Notes under the pieces: generated by a model
Seen by the model: only the letters and a program-made list of their open reading frames with translations
Told to the model about the DNA's origin: nothing
The model's database searches: none
Made by a program: the position numbers and the translations under genes
Source of the DNA: the human T2T-CHM13v2.0 reference genome, Homo sapiens
Assembly (NCBI RefSeq): GCF_009914755.1
Contig: NC_060929.1
Length of the DNA stretch: 64,000 nucleotides
Strand: one strand, 5' to 3'
In this document: positions 45,079 through 56,800 of the stretch, in pieces
Numbering within the stretch: the stretch's first letter is position 1
How the letters are laid out: the number at the start of each line of letters is the position of its first letter

Positions 45079-45374
45079 AATTAGATTAATGACATTTAAT
45101 CGTAGTTTTGAAAATATTAAATATTGTTTATATGGGTTTAAAAACACAGGAAAATTTTATATACCTTTTAGAGATCATCACTTTTAACTTTTTTGTTAAT
45201 TACACACACATGCACACACACACAGGTACATATATGGTATTCAAAATTTCTAAAAACAACCAACAATGTTAAATTCCATAAAAATAATAAAGAGCAGACT
45301 CCACCGGTTGCTAGGAAAGGAGAGTATTAGGGAAGATTTTTAATGGAAATGAAAACCTACTGGGCAAAATGAAT

Positions 45375-45520
45375 TTTGCATGCATTAGCTTGTTTATTTA
45401 CACAACCCTTTGTGCTAAGTATTATTACCCCCATTTACAAAAGGGGTCCTGGCATTGAGAGAGGTTGAATCACTCATGCAAAGTCTAGTAAGTGGTGGAG
45501 CTGTCATTAAAACCAGATGG
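45375..45520 (-). mobile_element. MIR fragment
   Basis: tattattacccccatttaca...gagaggttgaatcactcatgcaaag...agtaagtggtggagctg. Confidence 0.65.
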
Positions 45521-46159
45521 TAGACATTCTTTTCTCACTCCAGCTCACTCATCAGCTCTTTATAGGAGGGTAGTAGGTAGACAGGATCATCCTGGTGTTG
45601 AGTTTAAGAGTCTGCTTTTAAAGGTCTGAAAACTTGACTTTCGTTCTATTCAATGTTGACTAGATTCAGAGAAACTGATTTGTTCTTACTATATTCACAA
45701 AACACTAACGTATAAAATTTCCAATGTATTATTTTTAAACTGTTAAATAGACCAAAACATTGTGTTGGCCTTTTCTCCCTTGAAAATAGTTAAACAGGTT
45801 GAAAAATCATCAAGTTTGTTCAGTAAACTAGATTATTTAATGGATACTGCCTTTAAGCTACAGAGAGCTGGAGGCATACATCTCCACTGTAGGGAGATAA
45901 CCATCATGAAATCATGATTGTCCATGTTAGGTGTTAAGACATTCTCTCTCCGAACGGTGTGAGGTCACAGATTCCTGTGATTTCATTTACCCTTCTGTAT
46001 ACTCCATGCAAAATTTCTGCCTTTTTCCTCTCACACTCTTCTTATTTCTCTTAACACCATTGTTTAGGCTACGGTTTCTGTCCCCTTCTGTCAAGTCTTG
46101 ATTAGATTTCTGGAGCTGCTCTTCCTGCTTTGTCTAATGGGACATCCTGTTCCTTGGTT

Positions 46160-46330
46160 TACTGTTGCTCAAATTGTGTTGCTTGTAATATCAGTATCAC
46201 AACCATTTGAGATGCTAATTTAAAAATGTAGACTCATGGGATCCCCACCAGAAATACTAAATCAGAATCTCTGATTTGGGGCCTGAGAACCTAGATTTTA
46301 AGAAAATAACTACATGATATGTATAAATAC
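46160..46330. mobile_element. MER5A-type MITE
   Basis: aaaatgtagactcatgggatccccaccagaaatactaaatcagaatctctg. Confidence 0.65.
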
Positions 46331-47300
46331 CATGAGATAACTTCTGCAGAAGGTTCATTTCATTTGTCATGTATCACCTGTCCTGGTTTAAACCTGAAGA
46401 AGTTATCTTATTTCCAAAACCCAGGGTGGTTTTTAAGATGGCACCTATATACTGAGTAGAGTAACAAGTTGGCTCAAGTTAAAAGTAAAAGGAATTATAA
46501 AATCTGGCCACTAGTAGTTCAAGTGATGGGCAAAATTAATCCACATTTTTAAGTGACAAAAAATATTATAATAGAAAACAAAATAGTATAATGCTTTAGT
46601 GAGTTTTGAAAATAAAGGCCTGAAGAAAAGAGAAATGTAAAAAAGGAGGCTTTGACTATGTAACACTAAAAATAGGGGAAAAAATCATCCAGGGCTTTTA
46701 GTGGGTTTAACATCTGGTTTTTGTTATAGCATGGTTGATTTGATTATCTCTGATATATAATATGGCTGCAAAAACATGAAGAATCGAAAAATGATCATCT
46801 TTGAGACTCCACAATGACAGGGGCAGAGCCAGCTTTATTTAAGGAAAGGGGCCTGCATTGGGACCGAGAAAGGGACCATCTCCATGGTTTGTTTAAGGCT
46901 AATTCAATGGCCTGCAACAAATAACAAAATAATTAAAAATTATTTTTTAAAGACGTAGTCTTTAATCGACTTGCTCCATAAAATCCTACTTTGGGATATG
47001 TTAGTGTTGTCAATGGAAGACGACCATCTTGAGAAGTCAGCAAATATCAAGAGGTATTTATTAGCTTGGGAAAGAAAAAGTTGAGCTTTTCATTAATCTT
47101 AGTTGGGAAGTACCTGAGTGATGTCTGCACACAGGCTAATGGGTAGCTCTTAACCATTTCCCTGGAGAACAGTAGAGGAAGAAGGCTTTGCATTGCAGCA
47201 GGGCCTTGTACCAGCTCAAAGGAAATGCTTCTAACCTGAAAGGGTAGTGAGAGGTTGTTAACAGGAAACATTTCTCTGTATCTTTCTAGAGATCTTCAGA

Positions 47301-47344
47301 AATGGATCTGAAACCCTCTAAGAATGGATCTGAAACCCTGCAAG
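47301..47344. repeat. 22-bp tandem duplication
   Basis: aatggatctgaaaccctctaag followed by aatggatctgaaaccctgcaag. Confidence 0.9.
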
Positions 47345-47649
47345 AATAAACAAACCATTGTTTTGTGTCTTTCTTTCCCCTGCCTCATTCCCAGGTAACA
47401 GATTTGGGAAATATACTAGGTCACCCTCAGACTACAATTGCTTTTTTATTTTCTCCAACCTTCCAGATTGGTGTTAGCGTCCTCATTAAGCAGGTCAGAG
47501 TACTGTTAACACCTAGTATGGTCCTACTTACCAATCTTGCTGGATTGGTTATTATATAGTGAATTTGCAACAAAACAAAACCAAAAAACACTTATGCTTA
47601 TTGAAAAGTAGGAAAAATTATATTTTTTACTCGTATTTCTCTTCTTTTA

Positions 47650-47815
47650 TCTTAGTTTATTTTATTGAGACAGGATCTTGCTCTGTTTTACAGGCTGAAG
47701 TGCAGTCACCCAAACATAGCTCACTGCAGCCTTGATCACTTTGGTTCAAGTGATCCTCCTGTCTCAGCTTCCCGAGTAGCTGAGACCACAGACATAGGTC
47801 ATGATACCAGGCTAA
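47650..47815 (-). mobile_element. FRAM or AluJ right monomer
   Basis: gagacaggatcttgctctg...catagctcactgcagccttga...gatcctcct J-type diagnostics. Confidence 0.85.
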
Positions 47816-48747
47816 ATCTCCTAATTTTAACTATAATAACTTTAAAACAAAACAGAAAATTTAGTTTAAGGCTGTGAATTGTAACATTTTAGGTATTCAT
47901 GGAGACTTTATTGAGATACATTAAAGCATGGTAAGCTCTAATGAGAAATATATCTAGATAACATTTTCTTAAAAAGTGTAGCCAAATTATGGCTGATTGC
48001 CTGGGTTTTTCTCCTGTACATCAGTTTCTTAATCTTGCATTACAACCTAAATTATCTGGGCCTGGAAGTATCTTAGCAGGTTCTCAAGCGATTCTTAGAA
48101 AATACTTGTGCAGCAGTCTCTTCTAGACAAATTCAGACAGCAACGGTGTAAGTTTTTATGATGCGGTGGATTAATTAGGTTTAGAATAATTTCTTGCCTC
48201 CAAAGTAAGCAATAGCATCCTCAGTAGTTGCGAGGACTCCTTTTCCCACACGGACAAGTTCACCATGAAATCTGAAAGTTAGGTGCTGCTTGGCAGTGTG
48301 CTACACTTTATGTGTCGGTGACCAGGAGTCACAGATGGGATGAGCACACTGGGATTCTGGAAGGCAAAGAGAGAAAGCCCGAAGTTAAGCAAACAGTTTC
48401 TACACTGTCACAGCCACATGGTAGCCTCTTTCGAAGTAAAGAAAAAAAAAATTCACCTATTTAGACCATTTTAGAATTGAAGGTTGTCAATTTTATTATT
48501 TAAGAACGTTATGAAAATATTTCATGAGTCACTGTACCATACCCAGAATCAGATGCCTGGATACACAATTAGAGAAATTAATTGCACTCTTTCTAAATTA
48601 AAATTACTTTTACATATGCCAGGTGACACGGCTCCACCTCATTCAAATGTTCCTCCAACTTTCCTGGCTTACCTTAGTAGAAAAATACATTCCAAAATTT
48701 CAGGACATAGTTATAACTAAGAGATCTTACCAACATACAAACGGCAG

Positions 48748-50126
48748 TGTGCCCGGAATTGGTGGGTTCTTGGTCTCACTGACCTCAAAAATGAGGACGT
48801 GGACCCTCGCGGTGAGTGTTACAGTTCTTCAAGGTGATGTGTCCAGAGTTTGTTCCTTCTGATGTTCATACACGTTCAGAGTTTCTTACTTCTGGTGGGT
48901 TCGTAGCCTCGCTGGCTTCAGAAGAGAAACTGCAGACCTTCAAGGTGAGTGGTACAGCTCTTAAGGCAGGCGCGTCTGGAGTTGTTCATTCCTCCTGGTG
49001 GGTTCGTGGTTTCACTGGCCTCAGGGGTGAAGCTACAGACCTTCACGGTGAGTGTTACAACTCATAAAGGCAGGGCAGACTCAAAAACTCAGCAACAGCG
49101 AGATTTATTACAAAGAGCAAAACAACAAAGGCTCTACATTGTGGAAGGGAACCCCAACAGGTTGCTACTACTGGCTCGGGCAGCCTGCTTTTATTCCTTT
49201 ATCTGGCCCCACCCACATCCTGCTGATTGGTCCATTTTACGGAGAGCTGATTGGTCTGTTTTACAGAGAGCTGATTGGTCTGTTTTGACAGGGTGCTGAT
49301 TGGTGCATTTACAATCCCTGAGCTAGACACAAAAGTTCTCCAGGTCCCCACTAGATTAGCTAGACACAGAGCACTGATTGGTGCATTTATAAACCTTGAG
49401 CTAGACACAGGGTGCTGATTGGTGTATTTACAAACCTTGAGCTAGACACAGAGTACTGATTGGTGTATTTACAATCCCTTAGGTAGACATAAAGATTCTC
49501 CAAGTCCCCACTAGACTCAGGAGCCCAGCTGGCTTCACCTAGTGGATCCCACACCGGGGCACAGACGGAGCTGCCAGCCAGTCCCCCGCCATGTGCCCCC
49601 ACTCCTCAGCCTTTGGGCGTCAGTGGGACCGGGTGCCACAGAGCAGGGGGCAGCGCTTGTCGGGGAGGCTCCGCTGGGCAGCAGCCCCCAGCGGTGGGGA
49701 GGCTCAGGCATGGCAGGCTGCAGGTCCCAAGCTCTGCCCTGCGGGGAGGCAGCTGAGGCCCAGCGAGAATTCGAGCACAGTGCCGGCGGGCCAGCACTGC
49801 TGGGGGACCTGGTGCACCCTCTGCAGCTGCTGGCCTGGCTGCCGCGGCCAGCCCGGCTGCCCCCAGTGCGGGGCCCACAGAGCCCACACCCACCCGGAAC
49901 TTGTGTTGGCCCGCGAGCACCATGCGCAGCCTCCATTCCCGCCTGCGCCTCTCCCTCCACACCTGCCTGGAAGCCGAGGGAGCTGGCTCTGACCTTGGCC
50001 AGCCCAGAGAGGGGATCTCATAGTGCAACGGCGGGCTAAAGGGCTCCTCCAGCGTGGCCAGAGTGGGTGCCAGGCGGAGGAGGCACCAAGAGCGAGCAAG
50101 GGCTGCCAGCACGCTGTCACCTCTCA
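48748..50126 (-). mobile_element. LTR12C (ERV9) solo LTR, about 1.38 kb
   Basis: Minus strand starts tgagaggtgacagcgtgctggcag and ends ccaattccgggcaca; 4-bp TSD gcag/gtag; GC-rich U3. Confidence 0.95.
49185..49470 (-). promoter_or_regulatory. LTR12C enhancer/promoter: 7 CCAAT (NF-Y) boxes, GC/CACCC box and AATAAAA TATA-like box
   Basis: Seven ctgattggt copies between about 49223 and 49464; ttttatt at 49189-49195; known ERV9 LTR layout. Confidence 0.75.
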
Positions 50127-50433
50127 GTAGTACAGTCCTTATAGATGATATAAAGTAGAAAGCCCTTTAGTTGAGCTTTGGAAAGAAACACCAAGCCCCA
50201 GATAAGGTTGGCTTGAAGACAAACTATGACTTTGGCAATTTTGTTTTTCATTTTCATAACTTCTGTTTTATTGGATCAAGAAGCTCTTTTGTGGGTTCAT
50301 TTCAATGATGTGCCTGTCAGTTTAATCCAAGCATAAGTAAATTTAGTCAAATAATCAGTTGGAATTGATTTAAATGGATTGACAGGTGGTTTTGAGGTCT
50401 TCAGATTATTACCTCTGAGGCTATTTACTCTAC

Positions 50434-50459
50434 GTGTGTGTGTGTGTGTGTGTGTGTGT
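50434..50459. repeat. (TG)n microsatellite
   Basis: Seen directly. Confidence 0.95.
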
Positions 50460-50649
50460 TCTAAAGCCAGGAATGTGGCCCAAGGGGAAGAACACAGAAT
50501 GGTAACTATAAGAGAAAGAATATTACTTTGTGTAAATATAGGTGAGGCCAATGCAAACATGACAGGCCAAATGTAATCCTGTGTGATGGAAATTTATTTT
50601 TTAAGTTCCAAGTCGGTAAAATTATTTTCACACAAAAAGATTGAATCAG

Positions 50650-50753
50650 ATCCTTTTGTAGTTTACGAGCATGATGATTGAGTGTTCACACACGGATGTG
50701 ATATGTGCCACCCTCAAACCTTGTTACGACTTCAGCTTATTACCCAACTGACC
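50650..50753 (+). pseudogene. SNORD13: U13 snoRNA retrocopy, full length (104 nt)
   Basis: atccttttgtagtt...atgatga (box C)...accttgttacgac...ctga (box D); A-rich tail; degenerate TSD aaagattgaatc (50636-50647) / aaagactgactc (50775-50786). Confidence 0.92.
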
Positions 50754-53700
50754 TGAAGAAAGGGAAAGAAAAGGAAAGACTGACTCTTATTTAAATAACA
50801 GTATTGATACTTGACACTGTTAATTTCCTTATCATATTCTTAGGAGTATCTATTCATAACAATATGAAAGACATTGCTTTGACTTATATTCTCAAGCATT
50901 TCTTATGTTTGGTAGGTAAGAAAGTATATTCAATTATATCTCAAACTGAGATATAGTAGTATCCCTGCCTTCATCAGAAACTGTGTGAAAATAAGTAGTC
51001 AACATTTTGTACTGTTTAGGATATTGTGTGCTTATTTAGTGGTTTGACTTCAAATACATTTACAGGTAATGTAGAGTGGCTGCCTTCGCAAAGACGGGAG
51101 GGAAAGGCTGTCAGAGAGAGGTACAAGGAGAACAATAACCACAGAGATGGTTTATTCCTTGTTCAGAATATTAGGTATAGACTAGTTCATTATAGTACCT
51201 TAAATCACATCATATGTCTAAGATATTTAATGATAATCATTCAAGTACTTCACAGCCTGAAAAGTCTTCATGCACTTCCCTATAAAGATGGCTCCAAAAT
51301 ATATTTGAACACATTTTAAAAGTAAGTTGTTTATTGAATCTTCAGTTTTTACTACCTCTCCGCTCTATCTCAAAAGGTGACGTTCCCTAAAGCTTGCAGG
51401 TTGCCATAAATTACTGAGCTTTGGAGAAAAGTAATGAACTCATTTGTTTTGTTTTTGCTTTTCAACTTTACAGCAACCTTGAAAATAAATGAAAACTATC
51501 AGGATGTTTAGTTTAGGAAATTTTCATGGACTTTATATAAACTGCAGTAAGTCATTAAAAATAAGAGAAAAGCCAATGGGAAAAAAACTAATGTGATAGT
51601 GATAACTGAACCGTGATCTCCTAATTGCAGCTGTATATTATATCTACCTATAGCTACATGGCAACATAATATATTTATATCAATAAATTAGCAGCAAATT
51701 CCTAATGCTCTTCTTTATTGTTTCCCTCATACTACCTTCTTAAACCTCTTGGTCAAACTGCTAATTATTAGATTTTTTTCACCTTCTGCATGTATCTACA
51801 AAACATCTTCCTCTAATTGATTAATGGCAAGTCACTACATTTATCAGCTTACTCTTTCTGACGTCTGATAGGATTAAGCCTGAAGGGTGTCAAGGAAGCA
51901 GGAGGGAAAAGTATTCAGATCATACCTTCATTTGCATTCCTTTTAAGTACAGGAGAGTTTACAAAGCATTTATTCTATTACAGCTATCAATTTGCTATTT
52001 ATATAGGTGTCCTGAGAGCCAGATGGTATCAGGTTAGAGGTTGGTCCTATCATTTCAGGAGCAACCTCCACTTCTGAAGTCACAGGCCCCAAGAACAATG
52101 ACCAAGGTCGCCCTCCACAGCAGGGCTGTGCTTTTCTTTGAGGAGAGATAGCCCTTCAATGCTGAGAAACCCAGCTTCCAGGAACTGCAGGCCTCAGCCC
52201 AGGCACTGTCTTTCACGTAGTCCTGCAGAGAACAATTGTGTGAAGCACGGTGACCTCAGAAGCCCAAAGCCTGGCAGGCTATTTATGAATGCAGCGTGCT
52301 CAGAAAATGGGTTCAGGATGAGGAAACCCTATCAGAGCCCAATTTAGCTCCCACTCTGCCTGTGAGAGCATCCTATGAGAAAACAAGGGTAAATATAGCA
52401 ATAACCAGGTTGCATGTTGTGCTTCTGAGAGCAGAAATGAGAGATCTTCAGAGAAATTTTAGCCAGACAAGTAGGATTCTCGGAGCATTTGTTGTGGAGC
52501 TAGATTATCGAGGTGTTTTTCTATTGGCCTTTTATCTTTTTTGAGGGAGTTGAAAATCTGGTCAATGAATTCCCACTTTTACGTAAGAAAACATTTTACA
52601 ATGAATATGGGATAAATAACATTGCTCATCTTTGAAATATGATGGCCCCATTGTTATTTCCAGAGCAATCTAAATAGATAAAATAGTTTCTTTCCAAGCA
52701 GGTCGGCCACTTTGGGCTAATGCAGCTTATCATCTGTGAGAATTAGGCCTGGCCTGAAAATGCCCTCAGCAGGATTCAGTATAGTTTTCCTTATGTTATA
52801 TAGTCATGTTAGTAATAACGACAGAGGACACCCCGTCCCAGGTGTCAATCACCTAGTGGAAGAAGAACAAGAGCTTCCTCAAAAGAATGCAGCAGCTAAC
52901 GCAGAATGCTGTAAGACTCCAGCTTCACTGCTTTGAAACCTCCTGCAGATTCTTTTGTTCTTCACACACGATATATTTCACTCTTCAAATAGCTCCATGC
53001 TGTTTAATATCCAGAGTTCCTTTCATGAACTGTCACATGCTTAGGTTGACACAGACGCTAACTTAATTAAAGCCTCAGGGAGCACATGTATTATCCACTA
53101 TAACTGGCCCTTCATTGGAAGGAAAATGGCATTTAGCAGCAGTTGTGGGCTGTGATAACCAACAAAGTGAAAGTAAGAAGAATACTGCAAGTGGAAAATG
53201 CTACAACCTTACAGAAAAGCAACACAACTGCGTGAAGCAGGGGCTGCCAAGGAAGTCATAATGTTGAGCCAATAATTCTTGTGGAGTTTTTCATAAGCAA
53301 ATAGTAAAAACCCAAAGCTATAAGGACACAATTGCTCATTGCAATGACTGATATCCCAATCCCCAAAGAACAGAAAACAAAATCTCTTTAATTATAAATT
53401 TGCATATTGGGAATCTCAGTCTGGTCATTGACTCAAATATATTTTAATTTTAAAAAGCATGTATTTATACACATATACATTTGAAAACATGAGCTATGTT
53501 CTAGCAGTTCAAAGGCATTTGCCAAGACGTTTCCAATAATCTTGATGTAATTCCCTATTGTGCGCTTAAAAGATTATAAAACTTCCATTGAGCTTTTCTG
53601 TATTAAAACGAAACAACTCCATTCTACCTTCATCCCCTCTGGAAAGAATACAGGACCACATTTATGTATTTCTGGTATTAAAAATGCATATTTTACCCAG

Positions 53701-55319
53701 TGCTAAGTGGAGAGTCTGTTGCTTAATATTTGTAACCATGGGCTGGTAACAATTTCTCTCCAGAGTCACAGGTCCATGCAAAATGAGAGTACATGACCTC
53801 AGGCCTTGCCCTTCTCCTTCTCGGTCTTTACTAACATACAGGGGTACATACCCAGGACAATGGAACTGTTTATGAAACAATATAATTCATAATAACACAA
53901 TGACTCCTTAAAAGTAAAGCTTCGCAAGTGGTATGGAGGAAATGACATCACTTTTAGACTGGACAAGAGACTTAGTGTTTCAGCAAGCATATGAATACAA
54001 GTTTTCTACCTGGATGAAATACATGCTATCATAAAGTAATATTCACAGCATGGTTAGGATGAGAATAAAGTCAGAGATGACAAAAATAACCTTTTTATGT
54101 TTTTTAATTCTGCACAATTATTCTGGTGCTTTTAAAAATGATTAATGACAATGGCTCACCGATTCTGAGACTTTTACCTGTCTGTGACTTTAAAAAATTA
54201 GAAATGCATGAGTTTTTAAAAAGTCAAAGTGAGAACTCAGAAGTGTTAAACTGAAAGTAATGAAAGCACTTTCACAAAATTATTTTTTACCTAAGGGAAT
54301 CTATTTCAAGTCATATTCAGGATTCTGACTGATGAGTTGATGGATATGCCTGAATTCCATAAAGGAATATGAATTCAAGGGCAAAATGTATTTGGGGGAG
54401 GAAACAACTTTATTTAAAAGGCATTGAAATTGATTTTCAAAACTTGTGTGCTTCTGGGGAATAGGAAAGGACAAATTCTCTAATGAGAGCTGAGGATGAA
54501 AGTGAAGCGTGTAGGGAGAGAGATACAGACACATAGAGAGAGGCTTTGCAGATATACATGTAAGGACAGTCTCCATCCACAGCCTGAAGAAGTGCAAAAG
54601 GTCACTTTCTTGTCTCTGACATATAAGAATAGTATTCTATCATGCAGCAACCTCTATGAATTTGGATACCTCAGCTCATGTCTGAAAACAAAGAATAAAA
54701 TGTCAAATTCGCCAGTATAAGTTCTGAAAAGTTTCATTATGAAGTCCCCAAATCCAGTAGCATAATTATTAGCTAGGTGTTGACAGCAAGTGTCAGGATG
54801 TATCAATATTGCCTGAACCCAGTCGTGATTCAGGAACTACAACACTGACCTTTACCCCAGACACAGTGAGTCTAAAGGCAGTTGTGACATAAAGCTCATT
54901 TCAAACAAATGAATAGGGTTGTAAACTTAAGTATAAACAGGATTGTACATAAATCTTTCATCCCTGTATATGTTCATCGTTTTTTTTCAGCTGCCCCAAA
55001 CATACAAAAAAAGGGAGCTGTGTTTATTTCATTATTCGTATTATAGACTACTTTCAGATTGTGTTTAGAGAAGATGTCTCTTCCTATATGCATAGGTAGA
55101 TATACATAGATCTTCCCAGTTGAAGAGAGTTATAGCATTGTTTATCTTTTGGTTCCTGTTGTTTCTCCTAACACAGTAATTTTCCTTCAATAAATATTTA
55201 TTAAATAAATAAAATATAAATAGCTTTCCTCATACATTACAGCATAAGCATAATTAGAAATCATTTTTATTTTAACACCAAGGAGCTTGCTGCATATTTC
55301 TAGTTATAATTTGCATGCC

Positions 55320-55560
55320 ACATAGTGTAGCATACTGCGCTCCGATTCAGGTGGAGCTGAGTCCTGCCCTTATCCTTTTTATTAGCTAGATGATCTCCAT
55401 GGAGTTCATGACAATTTTAAAGGCTCTACTTCCTCAACTGGAGGACGGGAACGGAAAGGAGGAAAGGGAAGAAAAACTTAACTGGCTTATTTCCTAAGAT
55501 TGCCCTGATGATTGATTGAGATATATGAATGCCGGGTGTAAAATATACGACCCACACCGG
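55320..55560 (+). mobile_element. MIR fragment
   Basis: gagtcctgcccttatcc...attagctagatgatct...cttcctcaactggagga. Confidence 0.5.
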
Positions 55561-56224
55561 TATGCATTTTGAAAAAGTCTAGCAATCATGTCACTCCTTC
55601 CAACATGCTGTCTATAATGTGAATTTAGCCCTTATCATTTTTCTCACATTTGTATTTACAAGGCATTTTTCTTTTTCATTCAGGAACAAAAACTAGGATT
55701 TAGTTAGTACACAGACTGTTAAATGCGGCTTTCATAGAATGAATATTACAGCTTTTTAAAGCCATTTCTCATTATATTGAAAGCTTTAATTTTGAAAAGA
55801 AACTCATGTTTTGCTAACCAAGGTAACATGTAGTCTATTGTGTGCAAACAATATAAAATTATTGTTTGCAAATCTTTTTGTACCTAATTCTAGGATTGCC
55901 AAGGAAATGGAAAGATGAAAATGAAATATATGTAGCCATTCCAAGTTTTGCTTTACCTCAGCCTACCCACTTTGCAAGCACCAAAGTTTGAAGTTGGTTT
56001 CTAAATTCAGAACACAGTTTCCTAGAGGATCTATATTTGGAAGAAGGATATTTCCCTTGTCTAGAAATACACCCTTTCCTGTGTGCTCTGCAGATATCCA
56101 AATGGGAGTTTTCCCAAAACCAAGTAAACAATATCAACTCCTTTGCTTGTTATCTTAAATTTGAATTGAAATCAGTAACTTTGGAAAAATAGTTGGTAAT
56201 TTGACACAAATGGTGAAGTCTTCC

Positions 56225-56440
56225 AGTGCTGTGTTCGGACCATGCCTCTGCTCTGCTTTTATGCCCTTTACATTCTTGCATTATTGTACGTACTGTAATA
56301 TAATCCTATTCTATCTTCCTGATATAAACTCATTGAGGAGAAAGACCTTATTTTTCATTTTTAAGTCTCCTGTGCTTGGCATGGTTTTGGTATAAGGTAA
56401 GTGTCCGATAAGTATTTGTTGAAGGGATGAATAAATAAAT
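56225..56440 (+). mobile_element. L2 3' end
   Basis: gtgcttggcatgg...ataagtatttgttgaagggatgaataaataaa terminus. Confidence 0.7.
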
Positions 56441-56574
56441 TGCATATGACTATATAGACACACATACAGTAAAATGAATTTGTAAGGTCAAAACACAGCT
56501 GTTTACACAAATGATCAAATAACTTTAGTCCAGTCATAGAAATATAGTAACAGTGACTTAGAGGAACCGATTTG

Positions 56575-56800
56575 TGGTGAGATAAAACAGAGTTCAAAGC
56601 CAGCTCTGCCCCTTTGGCTGGCTCTATGACTTGGGCAAGTTACTACATCTCCTTGTAATAATTGCAATTATTACATCTCTCGGAGCCTCATTCTCCTCAT
56701 CTGTAAGGTATGGAATGGGTAACAGGATTGAAGGAGGTAAAGCATGCAAAAACTTTTGTAAGGGTCTGGCCATGTAGCAAGTCCTTGATAAATGGTAGCC
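56575..56800 (+). mobile_element. MIR with a 28-bp palindromic insertion
   Basis: gagttcaaagccagctctgcc...tgacttgggcaagttac...gagcctcattctcctcatctgtaa. Confidence 0.8.

Noticed and set aside
49220-49480. Regularly spaced ctgattggt/gagctagacacag repeats as a CRISPR-like array
   Set aside because: The inter-repeat sequences are themselves repeated and there are no unique spacers; this is the known LTR12 U3 enhancer repeat in primate DNA.
48816-50120. Overlapping ORFs of about 70-170 aa
   Set aside because: These arise from GC-rich, stop-poor LTR12C sequence and resemble no protein.
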